Source of the DNA: Geosiphon pyriformis uo1
Taxonomy: Eukaryota > Fungi > Glomeromycota
Reading direction: 5' to 3'
NCBI GenBank assembly: GCA_016748015.1
Contig: JAAOMT010000404.1
Coordinates: 4,396 to 65,409 of the forward strand
DNA length: 61,014 bases
Shown one piece after another: positions 48,180-61,014 of the stretch; within the stretch, counting starts at the first letter, position 1; each line of letters opens with the position of its first letter. Position numbers and translations under genes: made by a program. The notes under the pieces are model-generated. The model saw nothing but the letters and a program-made list of their open reading frames with translations, was not told the DNA's origin and did not search any database.

Positions 48180-51100
48180 TCAATTTGATGTGTTTGGTTC
48201 AATAACTATGATTGGTTTCAGATCTCATGGAATCTCATCTGGTTGAATTAGTATTCTTTGTACTCCCAGTTGTGAAATGTTATTGGTAGATGATGATGCT
48301 ATCTGGTGATATGGTTTTAATCAATCATTATGTGCTGCTTTGGCTAAAATTCTGTTGTCTTATCTTAATTTATAAGCTCTATTTCCAAGAATTTTTTCAA
48401 TGTGAAATGATCCATCTCATTTGGAGTCAAATTTTCCACTCCATTGTTGTTCTGCTTTAGTACAATATAGAAGTACTTTGTCTCCAATTTTGAATTCAAC
48501 TGGTTTGTTTGGTAGTTGGTTATTGTGTCTCTCTTTTTGTTTCTCTTGTAACTTTTGAATGTTATCAGCTGCTCTTTGTCACTTGTTTTCTAGAATTTCC
48601 ATTAAGTCATATGTTCTTCTTAACAATGTTTCTTGAAAATTGTCTTTAGTTATTGGTTCTGTTGGATAAGTGTTGACTTTTATCTCAACTGGTAATATTG
48701 CTGTTCTACTGTATACTAATTCAAATGGTGTTGCTTGTGTAGTGTTTTGCTTTATTGTCTGATAAGCAAATAGTACTGATGATATAAACAAATCTCATTT
48801 ATTCTGGTTTTCTTAACTGTTCTTGGCAACTGCTTCACACAGTGTTCTATTGAATCTTTCAACTAATCCATTGGTTTGTGGATGGTATGGTGATGACAAT
48901 GGTCTTTTAACTCCAAATCTTTAACTTAATTCTGCCAGTGTTCTGTTTACAAAGTGAGTTCCTTGATCTGATAGTAGTTTTTTTGGACATCCGTGTTGAC
49001 AGATCAAATTTTGATGAATGAATTCAGCAATGGATTCTGCATTTGCTCTTTGAATGGCTTTTGCTTCTGGCCATTTAGTAAGATAATTCATAGCTACTGT
49101 AATATATTTGTTGCTTCTACTGGTGATTGTTAATAGTCTAACTAAGTCAATTCCAATGCAATTAAATGGTTGTTCCACTTTAATTGGTCTTAATGGTTCA
49201 CTGGGTCTTGTTCTTCTTCTTCTCTAACAAGCATCACAATTTTGAACATATTGGATGATGTCTGGATACATTGATGGCTAATAGTATCTTTTTCTGGTTC
49301 TTTCCATGGTTGCTTCTTTATGAAAATGTTCTGCTGTTGAGTTTGAGTGCATGTTGAATATTATTGTCTCTTTCTCTGGTTCTGTGATTACTCTGATTGG
49401 TTGATCTGAATTTCTTTTGTTCTTTTGGTAAAGTATATTTTAATGATTGATAAAATATTTTGATTGTTGTTTTATGTTGTTTTGTTCCTTTTGAGATAAT
49501 TTCTTCTTGAATAATTGGGTATTTATATAATGTTGAATTTGTTGGTATTTTTGCATATTTATGTTTTGTTATATTTTTGGGTTGAAATGTTTTTAGATTT
49601 GTCTCATTCGTGACAATCTGTCAGCATTTCTATTGTCTTTTTCTTTTTTATAATGTACTGTATAATTAAATGGTGAAAGTTCTATTTTCTATCTAACATG
49701 GTGATTGTCTGCAAATTTTTGTTTCTAGATTGAAGTCAATCTTTTGTGATCTGTATATATTTCACTCCATTTCATGACTGCCCAATAGATTGCTAAATGT
49801 TTCAGTGCTAATGTTTCATAGTTCTTTTCAGCTAGACTTAAGTTTCTACTGGCGTAAGCTACTGGATGTTCTCTTTCATCTGGTTTTTTTTGTAATAGTA
49901 CTGCTCTTAATGCTTGATCTGATGCATTAGTAATAATGATAAATGGGTTGCTATGATCCAGATAGATCAGTACTGGAGCTTGAATAAGCTTTCTTCTTAG
50001 TGTATCAAAAGCTTCTTGCTGCATTTCTGTTCATTCATATTTGGTGTTTTTTGTTTGGAGCTGATGTAGTAGTTGAGCTATTTTAGAAAAGTCTTTGATA
50101 AAGTGGCAGTAGTATCCAGCAAATCCCAAAAATGCTCTTAGTTCTGTGAGATTGTTTGGTATTGGAAAGTTTTTGACAACTTCAATTTTGTCTGGATCTG
50201 TTTTGATGCCATCTTTGCTCACAATATGTCCCAAGAATTTTAGTTCTATTTTTCCAAAGAAACACTTAGTTGCATTTAGTTTCAATCCGGCTCTTCTGAG
50301 TCTTTCAAATACTTACTGGAGGTAATGCAAATGATCATCGAATGTTTTTAAAAACACATTTGTGTCATTTAGATAGACAACTACTGATTTTTATAATAAT
50401 CCAATATAGACAATTTCCATAAGTTGTTGAAATATTGCTGGAGCATTTATTAAGCCAAATAGCATGACTTCAAATTCAAAATTCTCTTTTCTTGTCGTGA
50501 ATGCAGTCTTTTCTTTGTTGGCTGGATCCATGACTACTTGCCAGTAACTATTATCTAAATCTAGTGTTAAGAACTATTTATTTTCTCCAAAAGCATTGAA
50601 TAGTTCTTGGATCTTTGAAGTTAGGTAGCTGTCTTCTTTGGTTACTCCATTCAATTTCCAGTAATCTACACAAAAGTGGATTTTTCCATTCTTCTTCCAG
50701 ACTAGTACCACTGGTGACGACCATGAACTCATTGATAACTGAATTAGCCTATTGTCAAGCATCCAATTGATTTCTTGACAAATAATCTTATGACTAGCTG
50801 GTAATATTCTGTATGCTCTTTGCTTAATTGGCATTGCATCTCCAGTCTTAATCTGATGTTGGATGATATTGGTGTGGCCAAATTCATTTTCGCTTGCAAA
50901 GATGTCATTGAAATTGCTCAATAACATCTTTAGTTGCATTTGTTGAAGTGGGTTTAGATTTTCTATGTTGATCTGTTCCAATTGTTCTGATTGGAGCAGA
51001 TAACATTTACTTCGTCCATATATAATCTGTGATATAATATCTACATATCTACAAAGCTGTGGAAAGTCTGGAATGTGGTTTGGTGATTGATCCTTAACTT

Positions 51101-54100
51101 CAGTGGTTAAATATCCAATAATGGTTCCTTTTGGTATTTCAATGATATTTCCCGTTGTGTTGTAGATGGGAATTTTGATATTTTTGGGGCTTTTGGCTAA
51201 TATGTAGAGATTTATGAGTCTAATTTCTCCTGATTCACAAATGATGGCTTTTGCTTCGAACAACTGAGCTTGATTTTTTACTTCTCTTTTTATGGCTAAC
51301 ATATACTGGTCATATGATGGAATAGAAATTGTTTGACAAGTTGAGATATTTTCTCTTTTGTTAATAATCTTTTCTTCCATCATATTAACTGGTATATCTA
51401 TTCTATCCATTGATCTGAATCCCTGTATCTCTCTTGCTATTATTCTTAATTCTTTCCTGTTTTCCACTGACATTAATTGAGCTATTTTCACCAGAGGTAG
51501 GAATATTGTCTGTGCTATCTTTTTGTTTGGATCTATAGTATATGTTTTTTCTGAATTATTTTGTAGCATAGCAATAATATTTCCTACATATCCTGTATCA
51601 ATTATTCTTCCTCTGATGTTTATTTTTTTTTCCACTAAACTACTCCTAGATGTTAGTTGAACCATTGTTGTTGCTGAAATTTCCAGTGCTATTTTCAGAT
51701 TGATACAAGTGTGTAAATGTGGTTCTAATTTAATGGGATCTTTCTCTGGATATCTCAGATCAAATCCTGCATCAGTATTATGTGTGCATTCTGGCATGAT
51801 ATCTTTGCCATTATTATTGAACCATTTAAGTTCTTGTTTCTTGAAAAGGTCAGGAAGTGTGATAAATGTTTTGGAATTTAAATTGAAGTTTGAATTGTCA
51901 TCATTTTCATTGCTATTTGGAGCAGAGCTGGAACCATTGTTTTCATCATCATTGTTGTCAGAGTTTGAATCAAGATCAAAAGTTGATTTTGATTTCAATG
52001 CACAGTTGCTTATTGGTTCATTTTCTTCTAGAATTGTATAGATCATGTGTGATGGTAGATTGTAAATGAGGTCATATTTATTACAATACTGGAAGTCACA
52101 TGGAATCAAACAGTGGTCACATAATTGGGTGTTTATTTCTTCTAAGCATTGTTTCTGCTCTTTTCTGGTGGGTGCTAATCACTGGTAATGTTCATGAAAT
52201 TCCTCTGAATTGTCCTCAATGTTGCCAAAGATGTTGAAAGTTTGGATGTATTCAGGTTCAGAAAGAGATGGAGAGTTGTTTTTGATTTTCAGTAGTTCGC
52301 TGGTTGTCATGCCTTCTGCTTTTGCACTTGCCATTCTCCAGAGTTTATCTTCATCGGGAGAATATTCTTTCAATCGTTACAACACTTGTTTCCAGGCATC
52401 ATCAATTAATGTTCTCTTGTATACCCAGTTGTTGATTAGGATTGTGTACTGACACATCTTGTCACACGTTCCTCTACACCCAGGAATGTCATTCCACATT
52501 TCTTTGTCTGGAAGAGTTTCTTCACAAGCTAAACATGGTGTATTATTCCATTTTCCCACTTGTTTTGGCCTTCTAAAACATTCAATGAGACATGCGCGGC
52601 AATAAAACTTAGTTGCTATCTGGTATTCTTTGTTATTGCCACAGCATGCGCCCATTAAAGACAATTTTTTGCCATAATTGATGCATATAAGCTTTGGTTA
52701 ATGATAATTTGGTTGTAATAGTGTGTAAGTATATGCATAGTAAATGGTGGTTGGTGTTGGAATTTCTTTATTCTCTTTCCTTTTTCTTTTGTTGTTATCT
52801 TTTTTCCACTCCCAAGTTGTTGGTAGTTCATTTTGATCATTGTCAGTTCTCCAGACTTGATCCGGATTCCAGGTAAGTTCTTCTGTTTGTTTTTTTTTTC
52901 TTTTATTGTCTCAGAATAGTATTGGTGGTAATTCATTATGATCATCTTTGTCGGCCCAAAAAACTTGATAGGCTTTCCAGTTAGGTTTCTTTTTTTCTTC
53001 TTCCAATTCGATAAGTAGGGCTAATGGCATGCTGATGGGTTTAAAGTAGCCACATGTGGCTGGTACTCACATGTGTTGGCCGTTTTGGCTGATTTGCAAC
53101 TCTTGGGTGGTCCAGTTAAGCGTTGCGTTTGTTTTGGACAGCCAGTTATTACCAACTAGAGCTTAGTATTGAGTAGCTTCCATAACCAGTACTTTGATTG
53201 ATATGATTAGGTCATTGACTTCAAATGGGAAGTTATCTATCTCGCTGATAGAAGTTTTTATAGTTCTATCAGCTGTGATAATTCTGGTGCTGGCAGTGTG
53301 ATCAACTCAGTGACCTAATTGGTTCATGAGTTGTCATGTAATTATGCTGTCTGCAGACCCACTATCAAGTATCAGCTTGATAGGTTGACCATCGACTTTA
53401 GCATCAGTATACATGGCCATAATTGGTTTGGTGTTCAGAACGGCTCCACTAAATAATGAAATAGGTGTAATTTCATCGAAATCAAAAGGGAATATGGCAG
53501 CTAGTGATTTGTCTTCAGTACTGGCAGCTGGCGGTATATTACTGGCAAGTAATTTGTTTTGGTTGTATTTTGGATTGTTGGATACTGCATTTTCTGAAGT
53601 AACTAGAAGACTTAAGTAATGTTGGAAATTCTGGTTTTGTGTGTGCCCAGTTCTGGAATTCCAAAAACATAATCCTGTTGATGAGTGGAGGGAACTTGGG
53701 ATTGGTTGATGGATAACCATTGCTGATCTCCAATTTTAACTGACTCTTAATCTGGGATTTCCTGATGTCATTTGAGCTGGGTTTGATAGCAGTGTTTGGA
53801 CTGTGGGTGTTTGATAAATTATTTGTGGCTGCAGTGGTTGATATTTTACTGGTGGTTGTGGTTGATAAACTGGAGGTTAATATATGGGTGGTTGATATAT
53901 TGGTTGTCACATTATTGGCAGATAAGTCGGTTGATATGGTGCTGGGTTGGATTGGTAATTTGGAGTTGAAAACCAGTGATCAGGATTTTGATATTGATTT
54001 TTCGATCATTGGTTATCTATCCTTAATCTACAATTAATCCTTAAATGTCTTTGTTTACCATAATAGTGGCAGATACATGTCTCTTGCTATTATGGCTGAT

Positions 54101-55820
54101 TGGAAGATGTTGATGGGTGTGACTGATTCTGGAAACAATTAGTATTTTTTTAGTTATTGCGTCATTGTGGAGGTTGATAAATTGTGCGATTGTCAATTAA
54201 GTATTCTTCTAATTTCTGATTTATTGATTTACTGAATTGCTTCAATTTGGAATTCAAGTCAAATGATCTGTTCATCATTAGATTTACTGCTTGGGCATAA
54301 TTGGCTTCTAATTCAGCAGCTTCAAAATCTCTGGCATTTGTAACAGCTGCTTGTAAGTCAACTGGATGCATTGGACATACACATTGCAGAATGCTACTAC
54401 ATAATCTGCAAATGAACTGATTTAGGATCTGGACTACTGTGAAGTAATTAGTGTCAATGGCTTGTATTTGGTGCAGATTCCTATGGAAGCATCCTAAGTA
54501 AGTAGTGACTGCTTCATTTTCTCCTTGTTTAATGGTAGTAAAGGTATTTGCTAGTCTGTTAATGCTGTTGTTGTTGCTGAAATATCTTAAGAACTCAATT
54601 TTAAATGCATTAAAATCTTGGGGTTTGTTGACCAAGCTTTGGTACCATAAATTGACAGTATCCTAGAAAAAATATGGGATGGCTTGCATGGCTCTGGTGT
54701 CATTCCATTCATTAGCTGCAATGGCTTTCTCCACATTATTTAGTCATACTTGGGCATTATCTTCTTCACTGGTGAATTTTTCAAGTTTGGCTATTGGTGC
54801 GTATGTTATTGGATCTAAGTTGGGTTGTAGTGGTTGTTGAAGTTGTTGTTGTGACTGTGGAAGTGGCTGCTGTGGTAGTTGAAGTGATTGAAGTGGCTGT
54901 TATTACTGTTTGTCGATTGGTAGAGCTGGGGGTAGATTGATCACAATTACTGAAGGTAAGTGTTATTGATTATTAATGTTGGAATTTTGATTGTTCGGAT
55001 TGTGCTGTATTTGAAAATTTGGAGTTTCAATTTCTAGATTTTCCAAATTTGGATTTTGCTAAGTCTGAAAATTTGGGGTTTCAATGTTTGGGTTTTCTGG
55101 GATTGGGTTCTGGTAAGTAAATTCTTGATCTTCAGATTCTTTTTCTTCTTTTTCTTGTTCTTTTTCTGAATCCGTTACTTTCCAGGAACTCGCGGTTCTG
55201 AAATCTGGTTGCAGTAGCAGAGATCAAAGTCCTGATGGCATTGGAGATTGTAACTTAAATCCTTGAAATATGTGCCATATAGTCCTAGAAGATCTTCTTT
55301 TCTTTGTTTACTCTGAAATGGGAATTGTCCAAAGATTGATGTTGCGTGTGATGTAGATGCATCTGTTGCTGTAATGTTGATGGCGCTTCCAGGTGTATAG
55401 TGGTATGATAGATTTGTTGGTGATTCAATTCTGTGTTTCTTCCAAATGGGTGGTTGGATCCATTGGAGTGTTACTGCTGGTGTTTGTAATTTTTCTTTGC
55501 CTTTACCAGCATAAGTGATTGGATATCTTTGTTGTGTATAATGTTCAATTTCTTTATTAATCTTAGTGATAATAGATGCGAAATTATAATTTGTTGGTAA
55601 ACTGGTGTTTTGAATTAATTTGTGGTAAAAAGTTTCTCTTGCTGATTTAGTGTTTACTGGTATTCCTAACAAATAGGCAATTTTTTCATTGATGTAGAAA
55701 TTGAAGGCTGATTCTGCTGATATCTGATTGTGATTCAATCTCAAGTGTTGACAGTAGTGTTGAAATAAGGATTTTGTGAATCCTAAATGGTTTGCTCCTA
55801 TACTTTCTAATTCTGCCACT
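48180..55820 (-). pseudogene. pol: gag-pol of A' (uninterrupted integrase; 511-aa dUTPase-RT segment 50574-52109)
   Basis: DAGFDLRYP, SRSSL, IIDTGYVG, KIAQ; SSPVVLV.KKNGKIHFCVDY; SDQGTHF. Confidence 0.92.
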
Positions 55821-55878
55821 ATTGATTTATTTGTTGGTGCTGTTCTCTGTAGAATTATACCTCACAGGGAGCACCAAA

Positions 55879-56657
55879 TGTTACAGATTATTATTTAGGG
55901 TCTCAAGTCAAATAACAAATCCGTAACTTGGTGCTTAGTTAGTACTTGGGTGTTGATATCTGAAGGTTTTGGTTGTGGAGTTCTTTGTATAATGAACAGA
56001 GATTTAATAGTTTGTTTTCAGTAGTCTCTTGAAATCGCAATTCTGTTGAATTTCTTTCTCAGCATGGTGACTGGTAATCCTCCTGGTAAGCTATTCTCAA
56101 ATCTATGAGTGTTTTACCCTTGTTTTATGAGTCTTTTACCAGTCTCTATGACATTTGTATCTCAGCACTTAATTCTTAATCAATTTAGTAAAACCAAAGA
56201 AATAACAAAAAAGAAATAAAAGAAAATAAAAGAAATAAACAAAAGCAATTGCAAGTTAGTATCCCATCAATAGCTGTGATTAAGAGCTATTGTTCCAGCA
56301 TGATTAAGTATTAATTACTATCAACATGAAGTGTTGATAGTAAAGAGTGGATTTGAATGATAAATGATTTATTTATTTAATATTTGTGGATGAAAGATTT
56401 CTAACTCTAGAATTCTGCCCTTTCTACTTCTAATGCTATTGCTATATATACATAATTGATGTTCTATGAGATTGCTCACATTCTCAAGCAATATGCTATG
56501 ATTTCTTAAGCAATGCTCACATTGCTTCACATTGCTGAGCAATATGCCATGTTTTCTGATATTGCTTCCCATTGCTGAGCAATGTGCTCACGTGTTATAT
56601 ACTATTCGCTTATTGGTCTACTATTTCCCTATATCTGTTTTTTTTCTATGAGTAACA
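55879..56657 (-). repeat. 5' LTR of A'
   Basis: TG..CA ends; PBS at 55860-55876. Confidence 0.93.
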
Positions 56658-57029
56658 ACAGTTATTATTAAATTAAATTATAATAATTAATTATTATCTC
56701 TAATTAAAATACATTTTTTCAAAAAAATAAAGCTTTTTTTTATGCAACTTATTATAACATTATTTTATAATCCAGTTTTTTTTTAATATTTTAGTAAATT
56801 AAAAATATATTTTATTAAACTACAAATTATTTTTGTAACTATAAGTTAACTAAATATTTTAGTAAATTTTTAATTATTATATAGTTTAACATACTATATA
56901 ACCTAATTATTACAATTAATTATATATATTTTTTTTTATTTAGTTTTAATAAGTATAATCCAACTACTACTTAGTACTTTGAAACAACCAAGTTTTCTAA
57001 ACTAAGTAAAGTTTATGTACTTTTTATAT

Positions 57030-59184
57030 GTAATCAGCTATTTGAGCCAGTTTAGGCTATATTATGCTGACAATTAACAAAAAAACTTGTTTAAGATAGA
57101 CATCTTTTGAATTACATCAAACAAAATAAGACTACTAAAAACTAATTCAACAAGCCATTTGGCTGTTTTTATGGAACTGGACCTAATTTCAAGAGATTTA
57201 AATTTTCAGAGTGCCATTAACTTACCAAATACTTTATTATTTACTCCAACTAAAACTTCAAAATCACCAGACAAATTAATATTATCTATGCTACACTTAG
57301 TCTTTAATACTACCATCTTTTTTTTCAACTTATTAATAGATTTGCTAAAAACACTCAAATATATTATAAGCTTATTAATTTTGTTTTTAAACTTGCTGCT
57401 AAACATGAAATTACTCTTAATAAATTGTTCAAAAGCAGTTACCAAACCACCAACTGGCTTAACAATAGATTCAATTAACATTAACAATTTGGCCAAATCA
57501 AATTCCAAAAACATAAGCTGAAACAAAATTAAAGAATTATCTTCAACCTCCAAAAAAAAGTAAAAATAATTAATAGAAGAAATTTAGAAGAGTCCAGAAG
57601 AGCAGACACCTTAGCATAAGATTTTGTACTTACAAAGCATAAAGCAAACATCTTGGAAGTCTTGGAAGAAAGAGGCAGAGACATTTTACAATCTGCAGCC
57701 AAATAATTCATTTTTTAATACCTAAAACAATATTAATAATCAGATGTTTTCTATCAAATATAATACTTTCTTAGTGTACTAATCTTTACAATTGCAGCAT
57801 TTAAATTAACCTGAAATCTAAACATAACCAGAGCAAACCAGAAATAATGACCAGAATCAGAAAAATAAGAATAAAACATGTTTAATCACCAATCTGAAAA
57901 ACCATATTATTGATTTCAAAAACAGTACAGCCAGAAAAAAGATTGACCAGCTTGGCTTTAAACTTATCACAAAACAAAATAGTCTTATTTTAATTTACTA
58001 AGAAAGAAATTCTAATATTATCTTTGTTCACCAAAACTAACCAATAATTCAAAGTGGATACAGTAGAGTCCAATTTTTCAAAATAAACAATCACATATTG
58101 CCAAATATCAGCAGACTTTAGCACAATATGAACAATATTACCAAACACATTAAAAGTTGTCTTAATGTTAGCAACAAACATATTCAAAGACACATTACAC
58201 AGTACAACAGCAGCAAAAAAAAAACCAGACTCAGAAATTACCAAAAACTTGACAATTTTAAAAGTGACTAAACAAACAGAACTTGTAAGCTCAATCAAAA
58301 ATGCAGCTTTCAAAGACACTTGAGAAGCAAATTCCATATAAAAGAACTTTACATTGTTTTTTAATACTGACTTCACATTCAGAAAACCATATACAGACTA
58401 AAAAACAGCTCTAATATAAGCTAATTTAATTTTAAAAGTAATATTAAGCACCAGAGTAAAGACTACCCATCCAGCAAACCTTTTGATGACTAGTAATAAT
58501 TTCTTATGTATCACTAGCAACAGCATCAAAACCAGAAAAAAAGATAATTCAGTTTCTATTTGATTAGCTTAATTCTCAAAAACAGATAACATTACAGAAA
58601 ATAGTTATTTTGCTTTTAAAGCTGACAAAAATTTGTTAAAAAATACCATATTTGACAATATAACTAGTAATTGATTTTGGTCTATCTTAAATAATATGCT
58701 GGATAATACTATAAAAATTTTATTAAAAATCTTATTGAGAACTATAAAGGAGTTTGATATAATAATAGCAGAAATAAGTAATTGTTTCCACTTTTCTGAA
58801 CTTTTGATTATTTTGACCATTTTTTTTAAAAAAAAATACTAGCAACATTGAGTATAGAAGCTATAAAAGAGAAGACCGACTTATTGACTAGTCTGTTATT
58901 AAAAATTTTTGGGTTTTTTGAAAAAATAGAGACAACACTAAAACTAATCTAAGTGTGTTTCTTTAAAAAAACTTTAACTGGTAAAAGATTAGTTAAAGAT
59001 GAAAAAATTGCTTTAGTAATTATCAAAGACAGCTTTTTATAATTATTAAGTAAAAAAAGACTTCTAAAACATTTTGTCTAATTGCTTTTACAACAGAGAG
59101 AGCTTTTCTGGTTGAAATTTTATTAAATATCTCAGAAAAAATATTAAGTATAGCTTTTTTACTCTTTGCTTTGGTTGTGATCAT
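57030..59184 (-). pseudogene. Degenerate non-LTR retrotransposon ORF1-like gene (RRM-like repeats, CCHC knuckle, coiled coil)
   Basis: ATG at 59184; IKTTFNVFGNIVHIVL..WQYVIVYF (RRM-like); CFR..KMNYLAADC knuckle at ~57690-57730; assignment by resemblance only. Confidence 0.55.
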
Positions 59185-59229
59185 AAAATTAAGGAGACAA
59201 AAGATATATTAGTTTTTTTTTAATTATAT

Positions 59230-60890
59230 TTATGTTTTGTATAAATTGGATTATTAATTAAATAATAATAAGTAATAATTTAAAATAATAATATATGTTA
59301 ATTATAATAGAAATTATAAAAATAATTTTATGTTAATTAATAGCTCAAATTTTTGTAAATAATATAACTTTTTTCTTAAGACTAAGCTTTATTAAAATCT
59401 AAGTATTATTAATAATTTCCAAATAGTAATCCAAAATTATTAAAGTAATTTTTGAAAATTGTTAAAATTTCAGTTTTGTAAACTTTTTAATATATTAAAT
59501 TTTCAAAAATTGTAAAATTAAATTTTTTAAAATGTTTTTACAAATAATAAACAAATTATAAAGTTTAAAACCTGTTTTAATTTTATAACAAATATTTATT
59601 AATTTAACTATTATTTTTGATGTAAAATTTGTTGTTTCAAGTTTTAGTTTTCTTTTATGTAGTATTTTTTTAATATAAAAATATTTATAAATTAGAAAGT
59701 ATTCATTGTTTTATTTATTAAGATACTGTTAGAATTTTTGTTAAATTGTAATATTTAGAAGAAATATTAATAGAAATAAATAATAAATTTTTTTTAAAGC
59801 TTGCTTTAAAATTTCTAATAAGTAAACTTTAAAATAAAATTTTGTATTTTTTCTATAAAAATAATAATTTTGGACATTTACTACTAAAATTATAATAAAT
59901 TTTATTTGAATATAATTAATTTGTTTTTTAGTAATTATTATAGATAATTGGAAAAATAATTTTAAATTTAACATTAATTTTAAAATATTTGTTGAATGTT
60001 TTAAAAAAAAATTATTAAAAAAAATTTTAAAGTATAAAAAAAAATTATTTTTTGTATATAAAATTTTTTTTTGTTGTTAAATTTTTATGTAACTTTAACT
60101 TGTTTTTATGTAATTGTTTTTGTTATTTTTAGATTATAAAAATAATTTAAAATAATTAAATTTTAATTGTTTAAGTTTAAAAATTGTTTAATAATAATTA
60201 TTAATTTTAAGTTTTAAAAAATATTTTCAGAATTAATTAAGAGAAATTGTATATAATTTGTAAAATTAAAGATTCAGAATTGGTTTTTAAATAATAGTGT
60301 TTTATGTATGACTTTTTTTAAAACTTTATTATTAAGTCTTAATTTTATAATTTATTTTTTAAAATTTTATGTATATAAAATAATCTATTTTATTTATAAT
60401 TAAATTTCTATTTTATTGTTTTTTAATTTTAGTTTTATATAAACAAACTTTGTTTTTAATTCTAAATTTGGTGGCTGATAACAGTTTGTTATTATATTAT
60501 TCTTTTTGTTAAGCTTGAAAATATTCTATATAAATAGTTGTAATTTGTTGTTTTTTTCTAAATTACTAAATAATATGTAAATCTTTTGCTAAAATGTTTT
60601 TTGAAAGTTTTTTTCTGTAATTGGTTAAATTAAATAAGTTTTACTGTAAAATTAATTGGTAATATTGCTGTTTTTTATAAGTTAAATATGTTTTATTGTA
60701 TTTTATTTTAGTGTTTAATATATTAATAACACTAATATAATAAAAATATTCTATTTTTGCTTAAAATCAGTTAAGATTTTGGTTAATAATTTACAAAATA
60801 TTCTGCTAAAACGTTTTATAAGTTTATTTGTTTGTAAATAATAAGATAATAATAAAAAGTTTTTGATATTAAATTGTTTATAAATTTTTT
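59230..60890 (-). mobile_element. Extremely AT-eroded fossil of a B-family element (IN core, ORF3, start of 3' LTR at 59364)
   Basis: ORF 59741-59974 aligns to B ORF3; reverse complement aligns to B ~15200-16830. Confidence 0.85.
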
Positions 60891-61014
60891 ATATTAAGTT
60901 AAATACAATGTTACTAAAAGTATTTTGTCTTTTTTTTAATGTTATTAATACTGTTTTGCTATTAATTTTTTGTTAATAGAAGCTAGTAAACTTTTAATAA
61001 GCTAATTTATTTTC

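Larger units (their letters stand above)
39134..56657 (-). mobile_element. Mirror copy A' of Gypsy family A, with B' inserted in its 3' LTR
   Basis: TSD ACAG (39130-39133, 56658-56661); 5' LTR 55879-56657; 3' LTR split into 39134-39700 and 47148-47474. Confidence 0.95.
35230..56973 (-). repeat. Right arm of giant inverted duplication
   Basis: Reverse-complement colinearity with 1-23971, apart from the two independent B insertions and small indels. Confidence 0.93.

Noticed and set aside
317-56657. A and A' as independent insertions
   Set aside because: Same TSD, same flanks and shared inactivating mutations.

Overview
AT-rich eukaryotic scaffold with four N-gaps (20629-21164, 29951-30043, 31830-32424, 38445-38621) and no recognisable intact host gene; it is almost entirely decayed transposable elements. 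The protein families recall those of Glomeromycotina fungi (Geosiphon-like); this is from memory, not verified. The dominant structure is a giant inverted duplication: 1..~23971 is the reverse complement of ~35230..56973, around an ~11.3-kb single-copy spacer. Each arm carries the same Ty3/Gypsy insertion (family A: same 4-bp TSD, shared stop codons). Each arm later received its own nested family-B Gypsy element, in the integrase on the left and in the 3' LTR on the right. Families A and B share an unusual architecture: gag-PR-[multi-CxxC domain]-dUTPase-[degenerate dUTPase-like]-RT-RH-IN, plus an extra ~220-aa ORF3 before the 3' LTR; ORF3 also appears in a third family (C) and in a fossil copy. 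The spacer holds truncated Gypsy C and part of a 4.2-kb pogo-like TIR element that carries a gene-fragment cargo. A LINE-ORF1-like relic and an extremely AT-eroded B fossil end the window. In the segments aligned by eye, copies differ almost only by C>T/G>A transitions, concentrated in the TEs (RIP-like or methylation-driven). All coordinates were read by eye.
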